A stretch of 64,000 nucleotides of DNA from Candidatus Bathyarchaeota archaeon (GTDB lineage Archaea; Thermoproteota; Bathyarchaeia; Bathyarchaeales; Bathycorpusculaceae). Numbering within the stretch: position 1 is the first letter of the stretch; the number at the start of each line of letters is the position of its first letter. The stretch covers positions 32,001 to 96,000 of the forward strand of contig CAVYRJ010000008.1 in assembly GCA_963770935.1 (NCBI GenBank), in the 5' to 3' direction. The position numbers and the translations under genes were made by a program. Of the stretch, positions 1-11,001 are shown piece after piece. The notes below the pieces were generated by a model. That model was not told the DNA's origin, did not search any database, and was given only the letters and a program-made list of their open reading frames with translations.

Positions 1-4
1 ACAT

Positions 5-298
5 ATGAGCAAAGATCAAACAATAGGTGCAGTAATCGTTACGGCTTGCTTTATAGTTGCAATTGCCTACATTGGATTTCTCTTCTTTTATGAACCATAC
101 CTCTCCCCATTTGTGAATTTAGGCTCTGGTGTTGATGTTCGTTTCTGGATAGTCGCCGCTCCAGTTGCCATAGCATTTGTAGCTATACTCGCAATCGGCT
201 CATGGATAGGATACACAATGGCAACTACACCGCCACCTAAACCCATAGAAGAAATAGCGTCCATTACAGAAACAGAAAAACTACCAAACACAAACTGA
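5..298 (+). CDS. Small conserved archaeal two-TM membrane protein
   Basis: Two hydrophobic helices and a C-terminal WIGYTMATTPPPKPIEEI motif typical of a TACK small membrane protein family. Confidence 0.75.
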   Translation: MSKDQTIGAVIVTACFIVAIAYIGFLFFYEPYLSPFVNLGSGVDVRFWIVAAPVAIAFVAILAIGSWIGYTMATTPPPKPIEEIASITETEKLPNTN

Positions 299-1065
299 GC
301 AAACCCTGCAGGCAAGGATGATCCGTTGAGATTGCATATGTGACTTAGCGCTTTATGCATTTTCCACTTGTTGCGTCATAATGGTTTGTGTCGCCGTAGT
401 CGCATGTTTCGCAGTCATTTTTTATATCTTGCCCAAACGGGCAACCCTTCAAATCAGCCATACTTAAACATCTCAAATGAAAGTATCTGCACATGTTTGT
501 ATTATAAATCTGTTTTTAGAATTTAACGGGTTATTCTTCTGGGTTAGAGGGATGTACGCATCTTGTTTTTTTTTTGGTGGTGTAAGTTGTGTTTTATGTT
601 TGGTTTTGAGGTTTGGGGTTTGTTTGGTTGTAGTAGTGGTTGTGGATGTGTCTTTGGTTGGTTGTTGGGGGTAATTTGGAGACTATTGGTGTATTTTTCA
701 ACGTGGTTGTAACACTCATTGGTTATATTAACGAAAACCAAAAAGCCAATACTTCTCGGGAGCCGTGAACATGTTTGAGTGCGGAGATGGGAAGAGCGCT
801 TTTTGAGACGTGTTTAACTTATAGATCAAGTTTGGTTGTGCCTTCGATCAAGTTTTAAAGTTTAAAGTTGCTTAAACTCCTGTTGTCCTCAGGAAACATG
901 AGTTACCTGGTTTCTTGGCTTTGATTTGGTTTTAAATAATTATTGACTACTACTCGAATTGTTATTTAACCCGTAACAAGTCATTGAAGAATTGCTAATT
1001 TATATTCATAGCAAATATCGAAAAAGAAGGATTGTTTTTTGCAATTATCGGTAAACGATCTACAC

Positions 1066-1254
1066 TTAATTTAGAGATCTCTGAGTAACTTTTAATCCAA
1101 CATCTACTGCCAATTGCAGATTAGATTGCGATTTATTTAAAACTAAGAGCCTATTATCAAATGCTGTTACTAAGTCGTCTAAGAAAATGTTGCGCATTCC
1201 CACTGGCAGAAATTTAAGATCTTCGCTAAAAGCTTCAGATATCTTATTTTTCAA
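1066..1254 (-). CDS. Small hypothetical protein
   Basis: 62-aa helical-looking ORF; the frame stays open upstream to a CTG near 1284 preceded by GGGGGT. Confidence 0.5.
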   Translation of the reverse strand: MKNKISEAFSEDLKFLPVGMRNIFLDDLVTAFDNRLLVLNKSQSNLQLAVDVGLKVTQRSLN

Positions 1255-1560
1255 AGCCGTTCTATGTTTAGTTTTATGTTTCAGTTAATTCTACCCCCGT
1301 TTCCTGGCGCTAAGTAATTATCCTCAGTATTTAAGTCACTTATGAATCAAAAATCCATATTATAATTGACAAAATAAGATTACCCCCTCTATGATCTGGC
1401 TAACCGATAGAGTTGTCATCGAGAATCCAGCTATAACAGATTAATTTCAAATAAAATTTTTCTTTATATTTCTAATTTTTATGTTTAAAAAAAGTCAATT
1501 CTTTGTGTAAGCTCACCTTGGCTAGTTTGATAGCTATTTGAAATCAATGGTTGAAATAAA

Positions 1561-3738
1561 TTAGGAAAATTTCTTTTTATTTTCCATTTGTTTTTTAAGC
1601 TCTTGAAGATTCTTTATGTTCGGCGAATTTCTACGCTTTAACAAGAGCACGGATACAATTGCTGCTGCAACGACTACGACAATTATCACCACTACAACAA
1701 CTATAGGGTTGTTGGCATCTTGATTGCTATCAGTTTTAGCTGTTAAAGGAATGGTAAGTGTCAATGGTTGGCCATTATAATCCAAGATTTGATTTGTCTC
1801 TGGGTATCCTTGACTTATTATCTTAAAGGTATAACTTCCGGCTGAAGCGTTTTGGAATGAAACATAGCCTGTTTCGTTTGATATTTGGAGTAATGTCAGG
1901 GTTCCAGTTGGTTGGACAATCGAAGTAACAAGTGTGTTGTTTAGTGGGTTTCCTTGTTCATCTGTTATTTTGAAAGTTAGTGTTGCTGGAGTTGCGGTTA
2001 GTGTTTGTGTTGGGGTAGAGGTGGGGGTTGGGGTTGCAGTTGGAGTGGGTGTTGGGATTGCTGTCTGGTCTGGATCTGGTGCGACAGCTATCTGAGTTGT
2101 TCCTTGTGCACTTAAATAGCCAGGTTTTGAGCCGCTTGCCGTAATGGTGCAGCTGGTTGCTGTAGAAAAACTTGGGGCGGTAAAGCTTACGTTGTAGTTG
2201 CCATTTCCTTGTTCTGCTATTATTCCGAATGATCCACCCTTATTCGATGCAAAACTTATTGTCGCCCCCGTTACTGGGACTGAGTTAGCAGTTATGTACG
2301 CCATTATTGACGTTGTATAAGCGTTGGTTACGCTGTTTGGGTTCGATGTTAGCGTTATTTGCAGAGGTGAATAATCAATAAGGTTTGTTACTATCGAGGT
2401 TAGTCCTGTAGTGTAGCCTGAAGCTTGGGCAGTAATTGCTGTTTCTCCTGGAGAATTTGTTACAGTCAAGTTTCCAGTGGCTTGTGTTTTCCCAAAAGGA
2501 ATTGTTATAGTTGAGCTGACAACACCGATTGTTGGTTGTGAAGAAAAGAGATTTATGTTGACGTCAGCTTGAGGGTCTTTTGCTGGACGACCTTGAGTAT
2601 CTTGTAATTGAACTTGTATTGTTTGGTATGTCCCGTTGTCTGATGGTAGATTCATCGGGACGCAGTATATTCCAATTTTTGAGGGAATAAAGCCAAATGT
2701 GCTTATGGATTTGTGGTCCCACAGAAGGTCGGTGGCGACGGCAGTTAATGTTGCAGAGCCTGCTTTGTAAGTCGTGTTTAGAGTGGCTAAAGCATAGGGC
2801 TGCAGCTGTGGAATAATTATTTGGTCTGTTCTACAGATGGTTTGATCGCTTGACGCCAAGGTAACAATTTTATCTGTTGGATTTACAGCAACAAAACCCG
2901 TTGCATTTTGCAGTTCCACTGCAATTTGGGTGTATGAGTATTGGTCAGCTGGAACCTTTGTTGGACCTACAAATATTTTAAGTTGAGATGGGTTCGTCGC
3001 AACTGGAGTGGTTGTAATGATCAATTGGCTGGGGGTATATCCCTGCGTTACTGCAGTGATTGCTGCTAATTCAAAAGTAGCTTCTGTTTGTGCCTTTGTT
3101 GTTGTGGTGAAATTAGCCACCGCGTATGTTTGACCTTCAGGTATAGTTGTGGTTGAGGGAACTGTGCCAACACTGGTGTCTGAGCATGAAAGGGTAACTT
3201 GAATTCCGCCTTGAGGCGCTCTTGCAGGGTTACCGCTTGAATCCTGAAGTTGCAACATTATAGCTGCATAAGTATTCCCATCTGATGGTAGAGTAGAAGG
3301 AAATCCGTAGGCTGTTATAGCCGAGGGGATTGGACCGACAGTAGTCACAATTGCCTGTTCAGTAGCAAAGCCTGAGGCTGTGGCAGAAATTGATGTCGTT
3401 CCGGGGCTAAATGTTGTGTTAAAGTTTGCTGAAGCAAACGTGGTTCCTTTGAAAATTATGATAGATGAGTCCACAGTTCCTATGTTTATGAGGGATGATG
3501 AGAGGCTAATAGTAGTGTCTTGTAATGCTCTGGCTGGTTGCCCAGATGAATCTAGCAATTGCACGAAAATACAGTTATAAGTGTCATTATCTGCAAGTAC
3601 GCTTGTTGGGCCTGTACAAATGTTGAGTTTAAACGGGTCACTTGTAGCTGTACAGGAACTATTATTTTGATTAAATAAGACTAATGTCGATGTCACAACT
3701 AAAATTGCTATAGCAAAGATCACTGTTTTTTTGAACAT
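1561..3738 (-). CDS. Membrane-anchored surface protein/adhesin with repeated Ig-like domains
   Basis: N-terminal signal peptide; four ~105-aa repeats (P..lp.D...Y..I.vQL.D..G.PA); further Ig-like domains; Pro/Thr linker; C-terminal TM helix followed by KRR. Confidence 0.85.
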   Translation of the reverse strand: MFKKTVIFAIAILVVTSTLVLFNQNNSSCTATSDPFKLNICTGPTSVLADNDTYNCIFVQLLDSSGQPARALQDTTISLSSSLINIGTVDSSIIIFKGTTFASANFNTTFSPGTTSISATASGFATEQAIVTTVGPIPSAITAYGFPSTLPSDGNTYAAIMLQLQDSSGNPARAPQGGIQVTLSCSDTSVGTVPSTTTIPEGQTYAVANFTTTTKAQTEATFELAAITAVTQGYTPSQLIITTTPVATNPSQLKIFVGPTKVPADQYSYTQIAVELQNATGFVAVNPTDKIVTLASSDQTICRTDQIIIPQLQPYALATLNTTYKAGSATLTAVATDLLWDHKSISTFGFIPSKIGIYCVPMNLPSDNGTYQTIQVQLQDTQGRPAKDPQADVNINLFSSQPTIGVVSSTITIPFGKTQATGNLTVTNSPGETAITAQASGYTTGLTSIVTNLIDYSPLQITLTSNPNSVTNAYTTSIMAYITANSVPVTGATISFASNKGGSFGIIAEQGNGNYNVSFTAPSFSTATSCTITASGSKPGYLSAQGTTQIAVAPDPDQTAIPTPTPTATPTPTSTPTQTLTATPATLTFKITDEQGNPLNNTLVTSIVQPTGTLTLLQISNETGYVSFQNASAGSYTFKIISQGYPETNQILDYNGQPLTLTIPLTAKTDSNQDANNPIVVVVVIIVVVVAAAIVSVLLLKRRNSPNIKNLQELKKQMENKKKFS

Positions 3739-3767
3739 TTTTTTTCCTCAGAGTCTTTTCATTATTG

Positions 3768-4115
3768 CTAATTTGATTTTTTTGCTGTAATGCGCGTTGG
3801 ATTTTTTTCTTGGTTTTTGTAAATCTTACAAAGTGCACATGTAACATTAGAAAGCTCTAAATGGCAATGAAGAATTGCTGACTCTTTGCAATGTGTAACG
3901 CGACAATTTGTGGCAATTGGAATTTTCCCCTTAGAATCATTCACAAGAACAAAATAGCTACATTGACCATTTCTGGGATATTCACATTGGGCTTTTTTTA
4001 GTTCTCCAAAAAAAGTAATCGACGCTAATATTTCCAACAGTGTTAAGACTTCTTCATTTCTTTGTCGCTCAATTTTGTCAATGCGTTTATTCAATTCTTC
4101 GATTTCTACAATCAT
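3768..4115 (-). CDS. Cys-rich hypothetical protein
   Basis: 115-aa ORF with an N-terminal coiled coil and 7 Cys including CALC; co-oriented between the TFB paralog and the adhesin. Confidence 0.65.
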   Translation of the reverse strand: MIVEIEELNKRIDKIERQRNEEVLTLLEILASITFFGELKKAQCEYPRNGQCSYFVLVNDSKGKIPIATNCRVTHCKESAILHCHLELSNVTCALCKIYKNQEKNPTRITAKKSN

Positions 4116-4294
4116 TCAGAGCATAGCATCCGTGATTTACTTGAGGGAGTCTGCTTATATACTGAGTTAGGAAGTCAATTGTCACAATTAAAAATCAAGA
4201 AGCTCACTTGCAGGTATTGCTGTATTCACGATGTTTTTTATATAGGAACTTTGCTGCTCGTTTAAAAAATAAGAAATATTGACTTATAGATATT

Positions 4295-5089
4295 TTATAC
4301 GCAAAGTATCATTGGAGTTGATTTTGGACTTTCTTTAGCTGTAATTAATCTTCTAATTCTTACTTCGTTAGCATAAACCGTTCTCTCTGAAATACCAAAT
4401 ATTTTGCTGATATCTTCCTTAGAAATCTTCGTTTTCTTCTTACAGGCAAAATAAAGGACGCCCGCTGCAACCCCTATCGGATTTCCTCCTGATCCCTTAA
4501 TGTACAATAAGGTTTTTTCTGCATCGGAGAATATTTCTCTGCTTAGTGATATTCTTCCGCCTTTTTCACGCAAATAGTCTATGGATGTTTTGCGTTGAAT
4601 TTTTACTTGATTTTCTCCTTGGTTTAATGTCTTGTTTAATATCCAAGCTTGCTTCAAAACCAATTTACTATCAAGGCTTAGCTCTTTTGATATTTCTTTT
4701 ATCGATCTTACCTTGTCATATTCCTTGAGAACTATGTGCATTAATGCCGCCACAGTGGCCCTTTTGTTTTTTGACAGTTTCTGTGATTTGGCCAAACAAT
4801 AATTTTGTTTTCTTATTGTTCGTGCAGCTTCTTCTCTGTAGGGAAAATTTGGTATGTTTAGCTGGCAAGAAACTGCTCTTAGGATAGTTAACCATTCTTT
4901 GAGTGTTTCAGAGTCTTGTTCATTCCAGTTTGAAAACCATTCAGGCGCCCATTGTGTGAAGGTGTTGAGCGAAGGTGTACTCTCTATAACTAGTCCACAT
5001 TTGCCGCATATTTTTTCCCCCTGTAAGCCTTCGGGATAAACGATTGCGCCTTCGCATTTGCTACACTTCACACTAATTTTTCTCCTCAA
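4295..5089 (-). CDS. Divergent transcription initiation factor IIB (TFB) paralog
   Basis: N-terminal Zn ribbon CSKC..CGKCGLVI, PEW motif, two cyclin-like repeats, C-terminal HTH (GGNPIGVAAGVLY..ISKIFGISERTV). Confidence 0.85.
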   Translation of the reverse strand: MRRKISVKCSKCEGAIVYPEGLQGEKICGKCGLVIESTPSLNTFTQWAPEWFSNWNEQDSETLKEWLTILRAVSCQLNIPNFPYREEAARTIRKQNYCLAKSQKLSKNKRATVAALMHIVLKEYDKVRSIKEISKELSLDSKLVLKQAWILNKTLNQGENQVKIQRKTSIDYLREKGGRISLSREIFSDAEKTLLYIKGSGGNPIGVAAGVLYFACKKKTKISKEDISKIFGISERTVYANEVRIRRLITAKESPKSTPMILCV

Positions 5090-5509
5090 TTGTCGACCTG
5101 AGTTAAGATTGATGATTTTAGCGATTGTTACAGTGTGATTATTTGCTTAATAACACTTGAGAACTGAGAATTCATGATTTTTAGAGATTTTTTATGTTTT
5201 GTTTAGCAAAAATAATAAAAAATAGTAAAATATTATTACCTGAAATATATTTTTGAAAATATTGGGTATGCATAAATTTGCGGAAGAAATGAGCCGAAGT
5301 TTCTACCTTTTTTGTTAAATGGAGCTTTTATTGCTCTACTCCATCAATGTTAAAACGCATCAACCTTTAGAAATATTTTCTTCAATAAAGGCTTACTTTG
5401 TAAAATAGAACATAGATTTAGACTATTTATCGGTAGTTAACAGTGTTTATTAGCTAACTTCTGAAATAAAATGTCAAATGGAAAATTTCGAAGGAGGTGG
5501 AAAGAAAAA

Positions 5510-5945
5510 ATGAATTACATACGCTTATTAAGAAACAGAAAAGCAATCTCGCCAATTTTCGCAACTTTAATCCTCATTGCAATTGCAGTTATTGCTGGAG
5601 TAGTCGTTTACATGTTCACTAGTGGAACATTAGCAACTATGACCGGAGGTGGACCAGTAGCACAAGAACGAGCTGCAGTGCAAGCTGCATCACGCACTGC
5701 AACAGGCGCTAGTCGTTTACGCCCAATACATGTCTGGAGGAAATGCTATCAGCATAAATGGCGCGATTTTCAATGATGCAACCGGTACAACTGTACCAGG
5801 AGTTCTTACAACTACAGCATTACCAACTACTGGAGCATTAACACCCATTACTATCACAGGAACATTAGTAGCAGGACACTCATATACGATTACGTTGACA
5901 AGTACAAAAGGTGGTAGTTTCGTGTCACCTAGTTTCGTCGCTTAA
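5510..5945 (+). CDS. Archaeal type IV (major) pilin, split by a frameshift near 5710
   Basis: Class III signal peptide RKA/ISPIFATLILIAIAV; strong SD GGAGGTG at about 5493; C-terminal G.SYTITL.STKGG in the second frame. Confidence 0.85.
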
Positions 5946-6532
5946 ATTTTGAGCGATTTTTCCTCTAATTATTTTTCATTTTCATTATTTAATATCTGGA
6001 AGAACATTCATTGTTCTTAAATTATTCATATTCTCTGGAATAATTAATTTTAGGCATGTCGACTTTAGATGTGTTAATGCATTTCCACTTTTCCTGTGAG
6101 CATTTTTGATTCTGCATGGTAATAAACAATGAATTATTGAAAATCTACCGTAAAATATAGTTAAAGCCGCGATTTCTTAGCTGCAAGAATTAACTCATCT
6201 AAATTAGGACAATGCTAATTTCAATTATGACATTAAAAGTAAACGAAAATAACTAACAACATTTATGTAAGAAAGAACCAAAGCAAGAAACACCATTTCC
6301 TAAAAGATAAGAAATAGTAACAGATTACCATTCAACAGGTTTGCAGTGATAGCTTGAGGTATCTTACGTTAAACGACAAGATTGATTATTGAATTCAAAA
6401 TACCTAGTTTATAAATAAACAACGCGAAGGGAATACTTGAATGTTGGAAAGATAAAAATGAATGTTAGTGCCAAAGATTCTCCCTTAAACAATAAAGCGA
6501 TAGCTGCTAAGCTAAACGGTTGGATACGGTAA

Positions 6533-7066
6533 ATGGGAAAACCTGGTATTTGGTCACGTGATAAGCGCGCACTTAGTCCAATATTTGCCACTGTATTGTT
6601 ATCATCAATCATTATTGTTTTTGGTTCAACCGCTTACTACTATGCAAGTAACATTACTACGACTACTACAAACGATTATGTTAGCAGTTTATCCAATAGT
6701 CAGCAATCCATAGCTGAGCGCATAAGCTTTGAAAATGTTATTTATACACAATCTTTTCCTGCAACACTAAAGATTTACATTCTTAATTCTGGAAGCGCGA
6801 ATAACTTGAAAATCAACGTAGTATTCATTTATGATTCAAGTCAGAACATTGTAGGAGCATATTCGGGCAGTGCGATTTCTGCATTGAATCCTATCGATGG
6901 AAATATTCCCACACCAACACCAATTACAGGAAACGCTCTAAACGTCGGAAAGGAAGCATACTTTACTGTTACGTTGGCTGGTCCCTCTCTCATCTCTGGT
7001 TCAATTTACACTATTCATTTAATAACTCAAAGCGGAAGCTATTTTGACCATGAATTTACGCCATAA
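6533..7066 (+). CDS. Archaeal type IV pilin-like protein
   Basis: Class III signal KRA/LSPIFATVLL; ERISFE motif; C-terminal YTIHLITQSGSYF. Confidence 0.85.
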   Translation: MGKPGIWSRDKRALSPIFATVLLSSIIIVFGSTAYYYASNITTTTTNDYVSSLSNSQQSIAERISFENVIYTQSFPATLKIYILNSGSANNLKINVVFIYDSSQNIVGAYSGSAISALNPIDGNIPTPTPITGNALNVGKEAYFTVTLAGPSLISGSIYTIHLITQSGSYFDHEFTP

Positions 7067-8150
7067 TTTTCGAAGAAACAGGAAGGGCATCGCCACAGTC
7101 TTCGGAATGGTTTTTTTCCTACTTATAACTATGGTTGTTTTTGCGAGTTTTATGACGATTCTCAATCAAAACACGGGTCTCGAACGTACTGTAATGCAGA
7201 CTAGGCAAATGGACAATGACAAAGCAAATGAAAAGTTGACAATCAGCGACCAAGGCAACATCATCAACACTAATAGTGTAACCGTTAAATGTAACCTCAC
7301 TAACACTGGAAATCTACCAGTTCAAGTTATCCGTCTATGGGTTCAAGACCTATCAAATAATAACACAGGATCTCTGCAAGTTTCAAGCACGGATGGTGTA
7401 CTCCAGCAAGGTCGAACAAGATTTTATAGTGGAACGGTTAATGTTCAAATAGCTGACCCTGCCAGAGACCAAATCAGATTTTGGTTCGTAACAGCAAGAG
7501 GCAACCACTTTACGCTCGGAGATACCGGCTCTAATATTCCTATAATTGAATCGGGCACGGGGGGTGAATTTTACGTCGGACCGTTTGTTTTGAGATTTAG
7601 TAATGAATCATTTCAGTTCACAGCCGATAATTATCCGCCTTCACCTAGCAATCCTGCAGGGAGTATACCTGACGTCTCTGTTCCTCAACCTGCATTCCAG
7701 TTAGATAATGATAATCAGCGTATCTGTTTTGATATAGAAATCGAGAATGCCGCGGAACAGAATATTGAAATTAGTCGGCAGTCATTTTTTTTAGTGGAAG
7801 TCAGGGAGCTATTGGGTGATGGCGATCCAGGAACAACGGAGTACGAACGCTACTTCCATATCGTTGGTCCTTCAAGCACCTACTCGAGTTTGTCGCGATA
7901 CAACCCGGATTATATGCAGGTCCTTCCCGCTGGAGAGATTACCACTCTGAAGTTTGGATCTGAAACCGTGGGCGGCAACTCATTTTTGAACCCTGAGAAC
8001 GAGTATCAACCTCTCCAAGGTGATGGCGATAATGGTGACAACTCTGAGAACCTCTGCTGGGCATTCCTCGTCTTATTCTGGAGATATCAAGGCTCGCAAT
8101 TTACATTCGGACAGACAATTACCTACGTTGCTATTCAAACATTGCCTTAG
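7044..8150 (+). CDS. Large minor pilin-like protein
   Basis: Class III signal RKG/IATVFGMVFF; N.GN.PV..IRLWV and VTARGN pilin motifs; acidic C-terminal extension. Confidence 0.8.
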   Translation: MTMNLRHNFRRNRKGIATVFGMVFFLLITMVVFASFMTILNQNTGLERTVMQTRQMDNDKANEKLTISDQGNIINTNSVTVKCNLTNTGNLPVQVIRLWVQDLSNNNTGSLQVSSTDGVLQQGRTRFYSGTVNVQIADPARDQIRFWFVTARGNHFTLGDTGSNIPIIESGTGGEFYVGPFVLRFSNESFQFTADNYPPSPSNPAGSIPDVSVPQPAFQLDNDNQRICFDIEIENAAEQNIEISRQSFFLVEVRELLGDGDPGTTEYERYFHIVGPSSTYSSLSRYNPDYMQVLPAGEITTLKFGSETVGGNSFLNPENEYQPLQGDGDNGDNSENLCWAFLVLFWRYQGSQFTFGQTITYVAIQTLP

Positions 8151-8443
8151 AATATAGAGTTGACTATCCGCTTGAGAAATCGGGTAAGGTTACGAAACTT
8201 CAAGAGACAACAGAAAGTTGAATCAATAATAAAAACCAGTAACTGATGCACTTTCCTCTTGCAGGGGTGCTGGACAAACATGGTTGGATATAGTAGGTTT
8301 TTGTATAAAATATTACAAACAATCAGTCACATTTGGGCATCATTCGACTATAAGAGACGGCAATTTGAACAGCGGTCAGTAATCTTCCCAGAAAACGACA
8401 TCAGATCAAAACTGTACCTGCTGATCATAAGGAATAAAGTTGC

Positions 8444-10108
8444 ATGGTTTATATGGATTCCTTAGAAATTAATCGTGTGGTCGCCAGCTTGAAGATTTGG
8501 AAACGCCAAAAAAAAACCAGGACTTCGCAGTCACTAATAGAAAATTCTTTAGTTATAGACGAGACTATACCTGGTCCGGCTGTGGAATCTCACATAGATA
8601 TTGCTAAAGGATCAGAAGTTCCAGAAACATTCAAAGAGCATTATCCTCTGTTGCTACCTTTTTCATATGCAGCAATTGTTGAAGACGAAAAAAATGATAT
8701 AAAATATTCTCTTCTTGAGCCAACTTTAACACAGTTAGACGCTAAGTTGTTAGGTGAGCTAAAAAATATCCTCTGGGACGAGCTTTCAATTAATACAAAA
8801 AGTTTTAAAAATGGTGAAGAAGCACAAGAATTTCTGAAATATAAAATTTTGGATACAGCAATAAAATATCGCGTAAATATTGATGCCAATACTCTGGGTA
8901 AATACCAGTATTATATCGCCCGAGACTTCTTAGGCTTCGGAAAAATAGATGGAATAATGCGAGACGAAAACATTGAAGACGTTTCATGCGATGGTACTAA
9001 TTCGCCAGTGTTTGTTTGGCATCGCAAATATGAATCAATACCCTCAAACGTAAAATTTGAAACTCACGAAGAACTGGAAAACTTTGTTTTTAAACTTGCA
9101 TATCTCTGCGGACGACATATTTCCATTGCGCAACCAATTCTTGACGGAACATTGAATGATGGTAGCCGAGCGCAAGTGACATATGGAACAGAGGTAACAC
9201 CTAAAGGCAGTACCTTCACCATCAGAAAATTCAAGAAAACCCCGCTCACAATCACTGATTTAATTATATATAAGGCTCTATCACCTGAAATTGCAGCTTA
9301 CTATTGGTTCTTAATAGAAAATCGGCATTCAGTTATGATCGGAGGCGACATTGGTGGAGGAAAAACTTCAATGCTTAACGCAATCAGCCTATTCATTAGA
9401 CCAACTTTAAAAATAGTGAGCATTGAGGATACACAAGAAATTCGTTTACCTCACCAAAACTGGGAAATGATGGTGACAAGGCAAGGCTTAGGCACAGGTG
9501 CAGGTGCCGTTGGAGAAGCTGGAATCGGCAGTATCAGTATGTTTGATCTTCTAAGAGCAGCACTGAGACAAAGACCAGACTTTATTATAGTGGGTGAAAT
9601 CAGAGGTGAAGAAGCCTACGCACTGTTCCAGGCTATGTCAACTGGCCACTTGGGACTTACAACTATACATGCGGAACACGTGCAAGGTGTCCTGCACAGA
9701 CTAACAACAAAACCCATGAACATTCCCCAGACACAAGTAGAAAATTTAAATGCCATCTCAATAGTCCGACGGCTTGTAGTAAACAACGTATCCTTGAGAC
9801 GGACGATTAGCGTTTCGGAAATGGTCGGTTGGGATAAAGAGAAAACCGATTTTAAAGTTCAAGAGATATTCACGTGGAATACGGAAAAAGATACCTATGT
9901 AAAAGTAGCTAGAAGCCCGCTGCTAGATAGGATTGCAGCTCAATGGGGGTACTCTATTGAAGAGATTGACCAAGAACTCGAAATGAGACAAACAATCCTT
10001 GAATACATGGTTAAGAAGCACTTGCGCTCATACGAGCAAGTCTCAAAACTAGTCCTAGACTACTTCTCTGACCCACAACAGATCTATAGAAAAGCAAAAG
10101 TGAGTTAA
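8444..10108 (+). CDS. Type II/IV secretion (pilus assembly) ATPase, ArlI/TadA family
   Basis: Walker A GDIGGGKT, SIEDTQE, LRQRPDFIIVGEIRGEEA, TGH..TTIHA motifs. Confidence 0.95.
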   Translation: MVYMDSLEINRVVASLKIWKRQKKTRTSQSLIENSLVIDETIPGPAVESHIDIAKGSEVPETFKEHYPLLLPFSYAAIVEDEKNDIKYSLLEPTLTQLDAKLLGELKNILWDELSINTKSFKNGEEAQEFLKYKILDTAIKYRVNIDANTLGKYQYYIARDFLGFGKIDGIMRDENIEDVSCDGTNSPVFVWHRKYESIPSNVKFETHEELENFVFKLAYLCGRHISIAQPILDGTLNDGSRAQVTYGTEVTPKGSTFTIRKFKKTPLTITDLIIYKALSPEIAAYYWFLIENRHSVMIGGDIGGGKTSMLNAISLFIRPTLKIVSIEDTQEIRLPHQNWEMMVTRQGLGTGAGAVGEAGIGSISMFDLLRAALRQRPDFIIVGEIRGEEAYALFQAMSTGHLGLTTIHAEHVQGVLHRLTTKPMNIPQTQVENLNAISIVRRLVVNNVSLRRTISVSEMVGWDKEKTDFKVQEIFTWNTEKDTYVKVARSPLLDRIAAQWGYSIEEIDQELEMRQTILEYMVKKHLRSYEQVSKLVLDYFSDPQQIYRKAKVS

Positions 10109-10112
10109 AAAA

Positions 10113-10994
10113 ATGAAATTTCAACCCTGGGCTATTGCGTATGAACTACTGAACAAAAAGTTGGAAAAAGTTTATCCTCATTTCCAAGAAATCCATGTAC
10201 AATTGAAGAAAGGTGGTGTACTGATTGCATTCAAGCCGTACATTGCCTTCATGGTATTAGCTTCAATGATTGCTTTTGTAGTTTCAATCCCCGTCTCTTT
10301 TATTGTCTTCCCATTTCTAATCGGGATTCAGATCCTTTCAGTAATGAATTTCTCATTCACTTTAGTAATTGCCGTATCAGTTGCACTAATCACCTTAATG
10401 GTTATGTATCTTTATCCAAGCCTAAAAGCAGGAAATAGAAAAGGTCCAATAGACAAGAATTTGCCCTATATCACAAATTTTCTAACCCTTCTCTCAAGTT
10501 CAAACGTTCCGCCAAGCGTTATTTTTGAGTCAATGGCTAAAATTGATACATTAAAAGAAGTTCGCTTAGAATTTAGTAATATAATGAGAGACATAGAAGT
10601 CTTTGGTAATGACCTTATGAGCTCAATTCTTGATAACGCAAAACTTACTCCTAACGATCAACTTGGTGAAATCCTGCAAGGATACGTAGCCACTGTTAGA
10701 ACAGGAGGAAATCCCACCGAGTACCTAAAAATTACTACAGAAAAAGTGACGAAAGACCGAGTAGGCAAACTGGACTTGATGCTGGAATCGCTTGCAGCAA
10801 TGGCAGAAATCTACATAATGATGCTCGTGGCAGCTCCGTTGCTGTTCGTGGTGCTTTTTGTCACTTTGGGCATGATAGGGAGTGGCACAATTGCAGGCTT
10901 TAGCATGTCACTAATCCTTTATCTGTTGACCTACCTTGGAATCCCAATAATGGGCGCAGTAATGATGGTTATAATTTCAACATTCGAAAAGTGA
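10113..10994 (+). CDS. Type II secretion system F family (TadB/ArlJ-like) pilus platform membrane protein
   Basis: Multiple TM helices, IDKNLPY and G.D...I...A..TP motifs, directly downstream of the ATPase. Confidence 0.9.
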   Translation: MKFQPWAIAYELLNKKLEKVYPHFQEIHVQLKKGGVLIAFKPYIAFMVLASMIAFVVSIPVSFIVFPFLIGIQILSVMNFSFTLVIAVSVALITLMVMYLYPSLKAGNRKGPIDKNLPYITNFLTLLSSSNVPPSVIFESMAKIDTLKEVRLEFSNIMRDIEVFGNDLMSSILDNAKLTPNDQLGEILQGYVATVRTGGNPTEYLKITTEKVTKDRVGKLDLMLESLAAMAEIYIMMLVAAPLLFVVLFVTLGMIGSGTIAGFSMSLILYLLTYLGIPIMGAVMMVIISTFEK

Positions 10995-11001
10995 GATCTA
11001 A

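Noticed and set aside
477-741. G/T-rich low-complexity stretch with short ORFs on both strands
   Set aside because: Compositional skew without a repeat unit or recognisable protein; probably intergenic
1990-2060. Short tandem repeats (also about 21905-21980)
   Set aside because: They encode Pro/Thr linkers; not CRISPR or iterons
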